From: the human T2T-CHM13v2.0 reference genome, Homo sapiens
DNA: 64,000 nt
Reading direction: 5' to 3' (one strand)
Assembly (NCBI RefSeq): GCF_009914755.1
Contig: NC_060927.1
Position numbers and translations under genes: made by a program. How positions within the stretch are numbered: the stretch's first letter is position 1; each line of letters opens with the position of its first letter. Shown one piece after another: positions 47,955 to 62,227 of the stretch. Below the pieces are notes generated by a model. That model worked only from the letters and a program-made list of their open reading frames with translations, was not told the DNA's origin and searched no databases.

Positions 47955-48739
47955 GGAAGTTATTCCATTTTTTAGTTTTATTCTTCCTAGCAAACCTAGT
48001 AGGTGAGCATGTTAATTCTTATTAGGCCCATATTATAGATGAGGTAAAATTGGCCCAGATAGGTTAGTGATATTATTTAAAGTCTGAAAGAAAGTTTGTG
48101 ACTATTTTCTGCTATTTTCTGTTGAATCCCATTACATAGATTCTCTATTATGCACCTTGGCTTGCTCCATGTTTCACAGTCTGGAATAATATGGAGAGCT
48201 ATAACTGAATGGTAATTGGAGAATGAATAATGATCTGTTGATTAAAAATAAATAAGATGGTTTAGTGCTTAATACTGTTAAGTTTTAATGTTTTTCCCAC
48301 AAATTCAATAAATTAGTAATACAGTTTGAACAGCAAGGTATTTAACCTTATCTGCTAAAAAAAGATAAATAAAATATGAAAAATAAAGGTCACAGTTTAA
48401 AAAAGTAACTACCTCTCCCCTTTTTGTATACATTTCTCTCTTTTAGAAAACTTCCTGTTAGAGCTAATTAGTTGGTCAACATAAGATAATGTGCAAAAGG
48501 TACTTTATTCTGTGTGGAAAATTTTGAATTGATAGCATAAGATGGAGTTGCTTTGGGCGAAAGTCTGAGATTTCAATCACACTAAAACTACATAGGAGTT
48601 ATTAACACGTATAAATAACTACACCAGCACAACTCCCATGAACATGCAAAACTTATTGATGATCTCTTCTCTTGAGGCTGTTCCCCAGACTGCAACTCTG
48701 TGTTCTGTTTATTCTTAGGTTCTTAATCTTAAAGAATCC

Positions 48740-49485
48740 CATCAGTCCTCTCATTTCAGACTACACTCCTTGTGGATCTTTCTTAATCTAAAACTGAAGA
48801 TCTCTTATTTTATGGAGACTCCGGCCTCTTATCTTTAACTGCCAGCTGGAAATTTTAATTTAAATATCCTAGTATGGCTTAAAACTCAATATGTCTAAAA
48901 AGCAGACTTTTGAGTTCTTTCCCAACATGACTGTCTATGTCTATACACTCATTTACTCTAAAAATCTTGTTTCTCCTTTGACTCATTCTTCTTTGTTCTC
49001 CCCTCCCAAAAACTAATTCTATCATTTTTTCCTATTCAAAATGGAATACCATTGCCACAACATCATGTAATTACCTCTACCTGAGTCACATCAACAGCCT
49101 TCCTTACCCACCCAGCCCTTCCCTGTCCTCCAGTTTCGCTGCTCCTTCGTGTATCACTGGGGCATTGGACCAAATCCCCCACTGACTCCATGCAGCAAGT
49201 GTAACTTCTTCTGTTGGATTCTCAAGATCCTTTCTAATATGTCCACATTTTGGTTCAACTCTATTCTTCTTATTCTGCTATGTGTACTTTCAGTTTTGAT
49301 CAGTGTCCAAAGTCCCAGAGATCTCTGGTCGCTGATCAGAGTTCAGCTCACTTTTTTTTTCCCATTATTTTACACAGGTGCATAATACAGAGGTTCCCTG
49401 AAGTTGGGGTTTAATTCCTATTCTCTGTTCATAAATGTGCCTACCACAGTGTTAAGCACAAGTAGAAGCTCAATAATTATTCATT
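48740..49485 (+). mobile_element. L2 fragments
   Basis: aactgccagctgga...cttaaaactcaatatgtctaaaa; gtgcctaccacagtgttaagcacaagtagaagctcaataa. Confidence 0.55.
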
Positions 49486-50049
49486 ATCTCATTAAGTTAA
49501 TGCCTGCAACATGATTTTTGAGAGTTAAGGAGTGCATATTGCAGGTGCCAATAAACAAATCCACTATACTGGATATGCATTACAGTTGGTGCAATGCTTC
49601 AGGGTTTACAGGCTGGGAGGGACTTTGTAGCCCACTCCTCAGGCAGAAGTACATTGTTGCTCAAGCCAATGATTTGGTTGTCAGAAGGCACAAAGTCCAG
49701 GCTCAGGATCTAGTGGGTCAACTCTCTAGTTTCTGATGATATCCCATATCAGGATGTTACTGATTTGCCCTGGAACAGAGAGGGAAAGGATAGTATCGGG
49801 GGTGTCTTGCCTCTTATCCTCTCTCTCCACTCAACCAAGACCTCATTCTTGCTGAGTCCAATTCTGTTCTCCTGGCGGTAGAAAAAAGAAAAAAAAACAT
49901 CATCTTGTACCTGGAAACAGGAAAACAAATTAAATACTGCATAAGGGCTCATATTATAAATTGTATCTTTTATATATGAGTCGCATTGCTTGAACCTGAC
50001 TACTTAGAAACAAGGTCTCAATAGTAGAGGTGAATTTGAATTCTGAGTC

Positions 50050-50233
50050 AGTGGTCCCCAATCCTGGCTGTTGATCAGTGTCTTGGAGGGAGAGAGGTTG
50101 GATTCAAAAACACTGATGCCTGAGCTCCAACAACCACAGATGAGGATTTGGTAGCTCAGCAGTGGAGCCCAGGCATATGTAATTTTTAAAAGCTCCCCTG
50201 GGAATTCTGAGCATCCAGCGTTGGAAACCATTG
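50050..50233. mobile_element. MER5-type MITE
   Basis: cagtggtccccaatcctggctg...actgatgcctgagctcc...gcccaggcat..gtaatttttaaaagctcccc...ttggaaaccattg, with terminal inverted repeats. Confidence 0.8.
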
Positions 50234-51680
50234 TTCTAGACATAGCAGCATGAGGTGAGTGAACATTAAAGTTCCTTTTGTGTGTTAAGAGCCTACGATT
50301 TGAATGAATAAACCGATTGCTGTATCAAAGAAAGTGCTTCTGGGCTAGGAAACGTGGCTTGATGGAGGAAGATTATATTCTATATCCCATATCACTCATT
50401 TTGATTATCCAACATCGCAGGCTGTAATACAGCTATATGCTTAAACTACTCTCCTTTAGAAAGTTAAAGTAAGTAGACCTGTTGGCTTGTATTGACTTTG
50501 AGGATTTTGAATGACTATAACTTGCAAAGCCTATTGACCTCCTATATTGTAGCTAAGAAGTATTTTAAGCCTAATCAGAAACATCCTTTTAAATCTTTTC
50601 AAGTAGATAAGGTTCAACATTGAATCAACAAGTAGAGGAGGTTCAAGTAGAAATTTGTCAATAAGGACAAATTCAAATGATGTTCACTTAAAGGAAATTG
50701 ATGTATAAAGAAGGAAAGAGAAACCTCTACTTTCTCAAAACAGTGAACTTCATAGTTCCCTGTAATTCCTGGAATGCCTATCATCTTCTCCTGTGTTCCC
50801 TTCCATTTTCCTATTCAGATAATATGTTTGTATTTCCATATGAAATGTCAGACTTACATCACTCGGCTACTCACTAAGGAAGTTACTTGGAAATGTTTTG
50901 ATCTTCCACAGAAAGTCTTTATGCATTCTTGCCACCACCGTTAGTGTATTTTCAACTTAAACTATCATCAAATGAGTTTTCACTTTGAAATAAATGTAAT
51001 CGTTCTTAGAAATGGAAGAAAGTGTTTGTTTCAGATAAGAGCTGACTCTGTGGCTGGGCTCCTGGGAGTGTCTTTTATAGACCATTGGTGCTTACCAAAT
51101 CAATGGACTTCACAACCATGGAGACTGTTGATTTCAGGTAGCCTTACAGGAAAGTTCATTTTCCACTTCAAAATAAAGCCCAAAGGATTTGAAACTTTAC
51201 TACATATTCATTCCTTTGGTTAATTTATTGCTAGATTTTATTCAGTTAACCTGTTCACAGTCATTTGTACCATAGTCTGAGCTAGTTCATTAACCACTTT
51301 CTACTGTGACCTCCAGCTGTTATTTTCATCTGGATCAGGGAGAATAAGATGGGTGGAGTCATTTCAGGATGTATCAAATTGATGTGATAACTACTGGACC
51401 CTCAATAAAAGGGCAGGAATTCTACTATAGCAATTAAAGATGTCTGTCTGAGCAGTGAAGTAGGGCCATATGAGGTCAAGAAAATTCTTTCTCCAGGAGG
51501 TCTAACACACTATGTGATGTGCAAATACATACACTTAGCCTTTAACTTTCTCTACCTCAGTCACTGACTGGAAAAGAAAATTGATAAGCTTTTGGACTCT
51601 ACATGCCTCCATCTGGATTCTTGGGGATTTTCTGAGTGAATTGTGAAGGTCTTGTTTACCATGTATTTGACCATCCTTTA

Positions 51681-52109
<429 letters not shown>

Positions 52110-52589
52110 CTAGGCAGGATGATGGGTCTGCAGTGTGAACTCTTCCCCAGGTCTGACTGGGCACCCCAGAGGTCTGAGCAACTCGAAACAGCAGGAGGAG
52201 TGTAGAAGCCTAGGAGAAGGTTACTAGACAAGTTTGCAGAAAAGTGGGAACATCACCTGCAGTGTTCTCTAGCTCACTATGGCATCATTATCTTTCAACT
52301 CATCCAAGGTGACCCCTTGGAAGACATCTTAGATCCTTTGCACAGTCAATCATCAAGCACAATCCATGTTCCTCTAATGTTCCATCAATGACTTCTCTCC
52401 TCCATAGCACTATAGCATTTCTGCTTATTCAGACCTTCATTGTCACCTGGGATACAGCAGCTTCATTCTACCTGATCTCCGTGTGACCAGTCTCTGTTCC
52501 TATAAATCCATACCCCACAATATGGCCAAAAAGATGTCCTAAGAACATAAATTTTCTTTCCCAAAACTTCAAAGATTTTCTTGTCACCC

Positions 52590-53095
52590 CAGGAGGATTT
52601 TCCTAAAAATGGGACACTAGGCACTGGTAGTTTTGAGAATGCTTTTAGAGACCCATGGTGACAGCATTACCTCATGTTAAATCCACAGCAGCAACGTCCC
52701 AGATCCCTCTCCATCCTTCTAAGGGAAAGCTTCACTGTAGGAGTGCTTTATGGCTGTCATACTCCTCAAAAACCTGCTCATTTCCCTTTTTAAGCCAAGA
52801 GATAGTAGGCTTGGGCTCAGAGTTGTCATTAGGCAAAAGTATCTAGTAAGAGTGTAATAATATAGTTTGGTTTTACTTTATGGGTTTCATTTTCTTATGT
52901 TTATGACAAATGGTATGGGTTATTATTTACAATGGTAATAGAATTTCCTTATAAAGTAAGCTTATTTAGTTTAAAAGAAGGTGAGTCCATTTAAAGACCA
53001 TATTAAGTAAATGGTTAAAGAAGAGATACTGCAATACTCAGATATGGCAAAAATTGTGAAGCTGATACTGAGTGGCTGAAGTTTGGAAAGCCCTA
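52590..53095. mobile_element. hAT-Charlie relic embedded in L2 sequence
   Basis: cagatatggcaaaaattgtgaagctgatactgagtggctgaagtttggaaa; L2-like flanks at about 52400-52590 and 53100-53400. Confidence 0.5.
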
Positions 53096-54144
53096 ACTTT
53101 AGGGGTTACAGTCTGTGCTACTTAACATGGCATTTGAGGACTTCAGCATACGTTCCCACTTCTCCATCTGGTGACATTGATGACCACCTTGTCCTCTCAC
53201 TGTATCATGTCACTGTGCTGAGTGACACATGCTAGAGTGAATGCCTAGAGTCCTTCCCTCCTCCTCACCTACCTGTAACTTCCAATTCTTTGAGTATCAG
53301 TTTTTTTTTTGTTGTTCCTCCAAGAAATCTCCTGACATCCCAGCCCCATTGGCTATGAGAGTTGACTTTTCTGGATTCACTTATTCTTAGTCTACTATAT
53401 GTCAAATCCACCCACACCTCTCAACGTGCTCCCATGGGGCATTTAGTTTAGTGTGGCTGCAACCCCTGTAAAGGAATGATGTGCCATTCTCCGTATATAT
53501 AATATCTAAGTAATCTCCATAATAATAGTACTAGAAAGGAGGACTGTGACGCTAATATCACAGATATGAGAATACTGAGGCACAGAGATTAACTTTCTCA
53601 AGGCCATAGAACTACAAATGGATAGTACCCAACTATGCCAAGGGAGAAGGCAGGGGAGCAGGATACTTTTTGGATAGGTGCTGTTGGTTCAAGCACACTT
53701 AAATGTAAATGCATCTGGATGTCACCATCTTGACTATTTGCCACTATACAGAGGAATGCAAAGGCATCAGAGACTGTGACTGCAGCCAGCAGTGCCCAAA
53801 ACCCTTCTCCCTTGTGCCTGTGAGGCAGAGATGACACAGTCTCTGAGTGCACATGGTCCCAGTCCCTGACAGGAAGCAACTGTGATACTTGTGGGAGACT
53901 CAACAGCAAAGACATTGACTAGTGCCTATGAACATTGCTGCTGGATACTGCAGGGGGCAGGATGGGAGAAGCAGATTACATTTCCTTCATACTTTAAAAT
54001 AATTTAATTATTTCTCATGCAGTCTAAATGCTCACTGCTTTAGACTAGCAGTGTGTTTTTATTTCATTTCATTTGCACTATCTAATTTCTGCTTACATCC
54101 ACCCTGAGATAGCTGGCCTTTTCATATAAAGTAAGGCATGCTTT

Positions 54145-54285
54145 CTTAGTCTACAGTTAAGAAAACTGAAGTTCAGAGAAGCTAAACATTTTGTCCAAGA
54201 TCGCACAACTGCTTAATTCTAAGAGCTGAGACTTGAATCTGAACTGCTAGTCCCGAAACCAATGCTTTTCCTATAATGCCATGTG
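54145..54285 (-). mobile_element. MIR
   Basis: aaaactgaagttcagagaagctaaacattttgtccaagatcgcacaact...gagctgagacttgaatc. Confidence 0.75.
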
Positions 54286-55959
54286 TGTTCCCATAAGGAA
54301 GAGGTCAGAGTTGTGTTGTTTTGGATTCACATTACCTCTGAAAGTGACATACCAGCTGGCTGGGGATTATTTCTAGTCTAAAATGGTGTGGGAAAAGAAA
54401 AGGATCACTTACAACAAATCCTAGGCTTGATGTTTTCATGAACCACAGTTCAGCAAAACATTCTGTGGAATGGTTGTGTCCAGATTGGCATTGCTGTGAG
54501 ACATCATCAGTGCTGCCACGGAGAGCCAGAAAAAAAATCCTTCCTGGTACGGCTAGGCACCCTCTCTGCTTTGTGACCCATCAGTCGGGTCTAAGGTTCA
54601 ACTCCTTCCTAATTTCTCTTCTGCTGTTCGTCTCCCGCTAACAAGTTCTATCTCAACAGCTAGGGCACTAGCAATCTCTAGAGTCTCAGCAGCTGGGTTC
54701 TGTGCCCCTGTCTTCAGACAGTGATGCAGAAACTAAGCATCAACCATGGCAAAAGGCTGGTAGAGATATAATGTCTACTGTTTATCATGCAGTGTAGAAC
54801 ACGGAGCCATTCCCTCAGCCCTTTCCTCCCTCTGCCTCAAAGATGGGTTTGCATTTCCATTTGGTTGAGGGAACAGATGACCTTCCTTGAATGTGTCCAT
54901 ATCCAGCTTTATCTTCTATCAAACACCCATGCTTTACTCTCACAAGACACTTTTATATTCTTCCAGGGGGCTCATGACACTCATGCCCTCCTGACCTTTA
55001 ACATTTCTTCATCTAGAACGACCTGACTTATCCGTTCCATGTCTAAAAACTGTGCCTATCTTTAACACTCAACTCAAATACCACCTCTCTTGGGATGTTC
55101 TCACTGTTTCCTCCTCTATTCCTCCTTTGACACTCTATAACTCCTTAGTTCTTATACCCCATATCACAGAAGTTACGAGCACTTGCTTTAGAGTCATAGA
55201 GTCAGGCTCAAAACCAGTACCTCCAATTACTAATAATAACACTAAGAAACCCATCAATTGCTCGGAATATTTCTTCACTCATCTTAAAATAGGAATAATA
55301 ATAAGATCCTCTTCGGGAGACTGGTTAGGAGCTAAATGACATGGAATGATAACATACATTTATCATAATGCCACAATGTAGATAAAATACTATAGTAATT
55401 TGTTTTACTTCTTTTGCTACAAATAAGATTTCCTACTCCATACTTTGCAGAGCAGTTACTTGGATACATGCCATACACTGATTGCAGTGGGTTCAGTCTC
55501 TAGGCCTTACAAAAGGATTGAGTGGGGAAGGGAAGAAATAATAAGGATATGAAGATTGAAGCAAGTACATGTTTTTATTTGCCATTTTCTGCACAACAGA
55601 AAACTACTGTAGACTCAACAATGTGCTCCTGCTCTTCCAGGTTGCAGTCAGTTAATCCAGAATATCTGTGAATTTATTAGTACAGCTGCTTCCTCCTCAA
55701 GGCCCCTGATACTGTGAAGAATCTGGAATTCCTGATTCCTGCCAAAAAAAGAATACTGCCTGCCAAAGAGGTTGCAACTCTGGATTTTCCCAGTGGGAAG
55801 CCATAAAGATTCCTCACCTCATTTCTTAGCGCACTCTCAAAACTAGCATCTTAAGACTTTCCCGTTCATAGGCCCTAATTTTAATTCCCAAGACCCAGAA
55901 ACATACCTGAGAGGTGTTGTCTAGGAGACATTCCAGTGGAAAATGTTAGTCTCTCTGTA

Positions 55960-56185
55960 GATAACTAGTACTTACATAGAACTCACTATGTGCTAAGTAC
56001 TTTCTTTTAAAGGACTTTAAAGAGACTAACTCATTTAATTCTCATAGTGATCATAAAGGGTATTGCTATTGTAATCCTCATTTTACAAATGAGGAAACTG
56101 AGGCATCAAGAAGCTAACTTACCCAAGATTGCACAGTTAAAAAGCAGTCGAGCTGGGACTCAAACTCTAATCGTACCTCTGAGCC
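55960..56185 (-). mobile_element. MIR
   Basis: cactatgtgctaagtact...actcatttaattctca...cattttacaaatgaggaaactgaggc...gagctgggactcaaac. Confidence 0.85.
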
Positions 56186-57065
56186 ATGCCCCATTAATAA
56201 AATAGGCAGACAGCTGGAAAGTCATTTATACAGATACAAATTTAAATACTGATTTAAACTCTCTCCTTGAGACTCACATACACTACCACTTTCCCTAGCA
56301 CTTGTCCCATCCTCTTCCCCAAACTAATTTAGATGCTGCTTCTTTATTTTTCTCTTATCCTTCTGGATCCACCTCAATCCTGATCCCCCCACCCCTACCC
56401 AAGACTGTGGGCCCTGAAGAACAGATAACATTTTTATTAATCTTTGCCACACCATTGTCTAGCGAAATGCCTGACACAGCAATATTTAGTGAATAAATGA
56501 ATAAATGATTGAGGCTATATCTGTCTATTAAATCTATGGGAATCAATCTATACTGTTCCATTTCTGGAAAGTAGGGACAGTGCTTTTTATTTTTTTATAC
56601 CCTCCTAAATGCTTAGTAGCTGTCTCATAATAAAGGCTCCCTGAGTGCTGGTTGAAAGAATAAATGAATAAACAACCCTTTTCTGGAAGTCCTGGTAAAT
56701 CTTGCCCCTGCCTCTTTCTCTGTTCTGTGTCTCTCTAATGCTTTAGCCCCCACAGGCTTCATCTGTGTAGCTTATTCATGTTTAAAAATGAAGATGACAC
56801 TCTACTGTCTTAGAAATATTCTAGACTCCAACTGCTATTTTTAAGAGGGACAAGTGCAATTGCGGTTACAGATCTATGTGAGGAACAGCAGGAGTTTATC
56901 ATTTGTTGGTGCTGTGGAATAATTCCAACATTTATGGTTCATTTCTCCCTTTCTCCTCCCATCGTGTTTTCTCAGTTCCCAAGCTTGATAATGTCCTGCC
57001 ATGTTATGAGAAAAATAGTACTAAATCTGATGGCGAGTCTGTGTTTGGGGAGTCTGGAAACACAT

Positions 57066-57101
57066 TCTCTCTCTCTTTCTCTCTCTCTCTCTTTCTCTTC
57101 T
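57066..57101 (+). repeat. (CT)n-rich microsatellite
   Basis: ttctctctctctttctctctctctctctttctcttc. Confidence 0.85.
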
Positions 57102-57388
57102 CATCAAAAATGGCAGAGGTGGGGGCCGGGGTGTCCTGAGAGTAGTTAACTACCCTCACCATATTGTATCCAATCTATGTCATTGGGGGCACTATAGAGG
57201 ATCCAAAAATAATTAATTTAATGTAGCCCTTCTCTTTCTCTTTTTCCTGGTCTCTGAGTTAAGGAGAAGATGACTAGAAATGTCATCCTCTACACTCTAC
57301 ATGCCAATATTTAGCTGGTAGGGAAACCTGGAGCCAAGGAGTCTGTTGAGCCCCTTTTAAGTGATAACATAAAATTCTAATAGGTAAC

Positions 57389-57908
57389 TGTAGCCCACCT
57401 GCAAGGTGGCCCACAGTAATCTCTGCCTTCTGGTATTCATGCCTTCATACAGTTCCCTCCCATATTATACTAGGGTTGGTCTCTGTGACCAATAACCCAA
57501 TATCACATGACAGAAGTGATGACATGTCACTTCCAAGATTAAATTCTATATCTGCTGTGACTTCCATGTGGGTCTTGTTCTTTCTCTCTCTTGGGTCATT
57601 CACTGTGGTGAAGCTAGCTCTGTGACTGTAAGCAGCCCAATGAGCACGCCTGCATGGTGAGAGACTGAAGTTCATTACCAACATCCATGTAAGTGGACTT
57701 GGCTCTTTGAACTCATCAAAGCATTGGGATGCCCGTAGCGCTGGTAAACATCTTGACCATAATTTCACAAGAGATTCTCAACCAGAACTATCCATCTAAA
57801 ACGTTCTTAGATTCCTGACTTCAGAAGCTGGGTGAGATCATCAATGTTTGTTCTTATAAGCTGTTAAGTTTTGGAATAACTTGTTTTGCAGCAATAATTA
57901 ACTAGTGC
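57389..57908 (+). mobile_element. MLT1F-like MaLR LTR
   Basis: tctctgccttctggtattcatgcc...cagaagtgatgacatgtcacttccaagatt...gattcctgacttcagaa...aagttttggaataacttgttttgcagcaata. Confidence 0.82.
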
Positions 57909-57909
57909 G

Positions 57910-58135
57910 GCTTTGTGGTTAATGCAAGGAGTTGAAATCAGACTGTGGTTGACATTGCCACATTTTAGCTATGTGAATTCTATGGGTTCCTTATTTTTCT
58001 GAGCTCCGAATTTATCATTTAAAAATAGCAACCTCATCTCATAATATCTACCTCATAGAGATATGATTCAATGGGGAAAATTCATGTAAACACACTTAGC
58101 ACTGTGATTGCCACGTAGTTCAGTGCTCATCAATT
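57910..58135 (+). mobile_element. MIR
   Basis: gtggttaa...aaatcagact...atctacctcatag...atgtaaacacacttagcactgtg...gtgctcatcaa. Confidence 0.65.
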
Positions 58136-59571
58136 CAACAGTAATTTAAAGAAATTCTCAAAATAAATATAAATATTTAAAAACCCTCTTATCGCCATTT
58201 GGAGTACAGCTAGTTCTAATTTAAAGCAGTGGAGAAACATATTTATTAGTAAGAATTCAATGAGCAGTACAGATGTGATGGGCAGGAAGTAGGTGAAAAT
58301 GTTGGTTGTCTGGTGGTCTAGAAGGGAGCTCAAAGCCTGATTCATTTGCATATTAATATAAATTCCCACAGAGAGATTTTTAACTGTCCAGTAGGTCCTG
58401 AACACTGTTTGCACAAAGGCCCAAACCCTGATGAGATGTCCTGCTTATATAGATTTGAATCTTTTCCCCTTTAAGTATGGTTTTGCCTCAGGAAAATCAC
58501 CGTTAAACATGAAGACATAGTTTCTTATTACACAAATGGAAACACGGAAATGCAGAGAATTTAGCCTCTTGTCTCAGGTCCCCAGATAGACATGCATCAG
58601 ATTAGAACCCTGGTCTTGTGCTTTGCCTCCGAATCTCCTATGTCATCTGTGAGTTGCAAGGAGACATCCCAGAGCAGCTGAGACACATTCAATCCCTTAT
58701 GCTTGCTTTGCTAAAAGGAGAGTGACTATGAAGCCAAGCATAGCAACTTATGTCTAACACATGTTAAGTACGACTCAGGCCAAATGTATTGCCTGGGAAT
58801 TCTGTTCAGTGCTCTGATTCTCACTCTCTACATGTCAAAAGTAGTTTCTGCAGAGCATTAGCAGTGACAAACCCTATAAATCTAATTGCTCCTCAGGTGG
58901 TCCAGATGTGGTCTGAGTCTACTGTTAGGCCCATTTCATCATACTGGGGTCACCACTGACCTTTCAATGCTTCGATGCTATTGGAGATGCTGTGATTTTG
59001 GTGCTGGGATACTGCTGACCTCTTCATAGTTCTGTGACGCTGAGGATGCTGCTGAACTTGTCAAGGTTTGGTTCTACAGTGCCAGGAATGCTACTGATTT
59101 TCTCATGGTCAGAAGAAGCTTGCTGAAAAGAAAAGCTTTCCTGTATAGATATTAATGGGAAGGATTTGCCAGCTCCATACTCACCTTGCATATGAAGGCT
59201 CTCTCACGATTACAGCCCAAATAGAAACTCAAGAGTCTGTAATGGTTGCTGGCTTTGTAGAACAATTCTCCCAAGCTGTCGGTTTTACACAAACTTTTTG
59301 GGCTATTTTCCCAGGTTTCTCAAACTGGAGCTCCAGATATAAGAATTTGTTAGATACACGTAGTTTACAGCAGCATGCTCAGAATGAGGATCAGCTGAAG
59401 TCACTTTTCTCTGTGCTGGGTTGGGGCACGCTCTGCTTGTTTCAAAAGCCATAGCCATGGAATGCTAGAGAGTGTGGTAAGATTGGCTAGTCACCAGGGT
59501 AGTGCTTGCCAAAGTGTCTCAGACATGTTTATGTTATTCCTTCATGATCTGCATGCTCACCTCTTAAAGTC

Positions 59572-60848
59572 TTTTCCCCCCAATTTTATTGAGGTATGAT
59601 TGGCGAGTAAACATTAAATATAAGTAAGATGTACAACATGATGTTTTGATATATGAATACATTGTACAATGATTCCCCCAATCAAGTTAACCTATCCGTC
59701 ATCTCACACACTTTAATGAGAACACTTAAGATGTACTCTTTTAGAAAATTCTGGTATACAGTACATTATTATTAACTAGTCACCATGCTGCATATATTCA
59801 TTTTACAATTCTGACACATAGTCCCCAATTTCCCCCACCTCCTGCCCCTGGTAACCACTGTTATACTCTCTATTTCTAATGATCAACTTTTGTAGATTAA
59901 GTAAGATCATGGGGTATTTGTCTTTCTGTGTCTTCCTTATTTCACTTAGCATAATGTTCTCCAGGTTCATCCCTGTTGTCACAAATGGCAGAATTGCCTT
60001 CTTTTTTAAGCCTGAATAATATTTCCTGTAATGCATACACACACTCACATACATTTTCTCTATCCTTGCACCTATTGACAGACACTAAGGTTGTTTCCTT
60101 ATCTTGACCATTGTGAATAATGCTGCAATGAATATGGAGTGCAAATATCTTTTAGACATGCTGCTTTTATTTATTTTAGGTGCATACTCAGCAGAGGGAT
60201 TACTGAGTCACATGGTGGTTCTATTTTTAATTTTTTAGGAACCTCTCTACTATTCTCTGTAAGGTTTGTACTAATTTACATTTCCTCCAACAGTGTACAG
60301 GGATTCTCTTTTATCCACATCCTCACCGACACTTGTTATTTTTTGCCTTTTTGATAACAGCTATCCTAACAAGTGTGAGGTAATATCTTGTTGTGGTTTT
60401 CATTTGCATTTCCTTGATGATTAGTGATGGCGAGCACCACTTCACGTACCTATCAGTCATTTGTATGTATTATTTGGAAAAACATCCATTCAGATCCTTT
60501 CCTCATTTTTTAATTGAGTTATTTGGTTGATTGGTTGGTTTTGCTGTTGAGTTGTGTGAGTTCCTTACAGATCTTGAATATCAGCCCCCTATCAGATATA
60601 CAGTTTCCCAATATTTTCTCCCATTCAGTAGTTTGCCTTTTCATTTGTTGATTGTTTTCTTTCCTGCACAAGAACTTTTCTGGTTTGATGTGGTGCCACT
60701 TATTTATCTTTGCTTTTGTTGCCTGTACTTTTGGTGTCAATATTCATTGACAAAACTAATGTCAAGGACCATTTCCCTTATGTTCTCTTTTAAGATTTTT
60801 ATAGTTTCAGGTCGTATGTTTTAGTATTTAATCTATTTTGAGTTGATC
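59572..60848 (-). mobile_element. L1MA/MB-type 3' portion
   Basis: ttttattgaggtatgattg...gtacaacatgatgttttgata; minus ORFs 59803-60054 and 60519-60740 are ORF2 relics (MTPKVQATKAKINKW). Confidence 0.9.
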
Positions 60849-60859
60849 ATCTCTCTTTC

Positions 60860-61115
60860 CAAATATTACTTACTTAAGAGACCTTTCCTGGACCACTCTA
60901 TGTGAAAGTGCAGCTCTTCCTCCAATACTTCATCTGCCCTTCCTTGCTGATCTGTTACTCTTAGGACTTACCACCTTCTAACAAACTAAATAGTTTATTT
61001 TGTTTACACTAAAATTCGTGGCAAGAAATTTCATTTGTTTATTTACTCTGTATTCTCAGAACCTAGGGCAGTGTCTGAGAACTCAAATATACTCAGTAAA
61101 TAGTTATTACATTAA
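60860..61115 (+). mobile_element. L2 3' fragment
   Basis: agagacctttcctggaccactc...ctgtattctcagaacctagggcagtgtctg...actcagtaaata. Confidence 0.65.
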
Positions 61116-61839
61116 TTAATATTAGCAAAATTAAGAGAAGGAACACATACTTTGCTTTGCAATCTTTTAACGTCGCTAATATATTATATCTTCTTAATAT
61201 CCATAAAATATTCCCTATGCCTTGCCCCATTTTGATCCTCACCTCAGGTTGGCGTAGTCAGCACTATTATTATTCTCACTTTGATAGAAGTCAGGCTCGG
61301 AGTGGTGACATAATTTTGCTAAATTCACCCGGCTAAGAAGTGACATAGCTCTGGTTTGAACAGGCATCTGACTGCAATGAGCTGTGACTCTTGAGTTTTC
61401 TTCTTACTGATATAGTTAGTGACTTAGAGGTGATCCACAGAAGAATTCTGGAAATCAAAGTCTTCGATGTTTTGATGTCCAAACCTTACTTGTTTTCCCC
61501 TTTCTTTTGAAGAACAATAAATTCATCAAGTACTAACCATTTTACTAGAAAGAAAGATCAGGAGCACATAGAAAACAAAATATTCTTTGCTTTCCTTATG
61601 AAGCAATTTCATATCTTGGAAAACATCCAGGTGGAAGCATTGGGTAGCTTCAGGCTACTTGGTGGCTTGTGGGGATCCCTCCTACAGTACCCAAAAGCTG
61701 GCTTTGTTTCCCTCTCAGCACAATAATGTGGGGTGTAGGAGCCAGGCTACCATGGGATGGTGCTCCACATGTCCAGGCCTGTTGCTCCAGAGAACCAGAG
61801 ATCCATTCAGGGACCTCAGGAAAGTGTTTGTTAATAACA

Positions 61840-62180
61840 GCAGGGAAAGTTCATTGACTCAGACAGATACGGGTTCTGATCTCAGCCTTATTGCTTGCCA
61901 TCATGGGACCTTTGTCAAGTTAATTAATGTTTCTAAGTCTTGAGTCCTTAAATGAAAAATAGGGTCAATTCTGGTGCCAGACTGCCTGACCTAGAATCCT
62001 GGCTCCTCTACTAACCAGTTGTGCAACTATAGGCCATACTGTTAATGCTTTGTTCCTTGCTGTCCTCATCCGTACACAGGTATAATTTCAGTACCGTGAT
62101 TATTATGGCGATGTGAGAATTAAACTAGTTAATATGTGTAAAGTACTTGGAAGAGTGAGTAGGTGTTACCATTATTATAT
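61840..62180 (+). mobile_element. Two adjacent MIR fragments
   Basis: cagacagatacgggttctgatctcagc; ctggtgccagactgcctg...gaatcctggctcctctact...gtgagaattaaac...atgtgtaaagtactt. Confidence 0.7.
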
Positions 62181-62227
62181 TATCTGACTCCATTGTTTAT
62201 TATTAGCACCAAATGAGATACATATGT

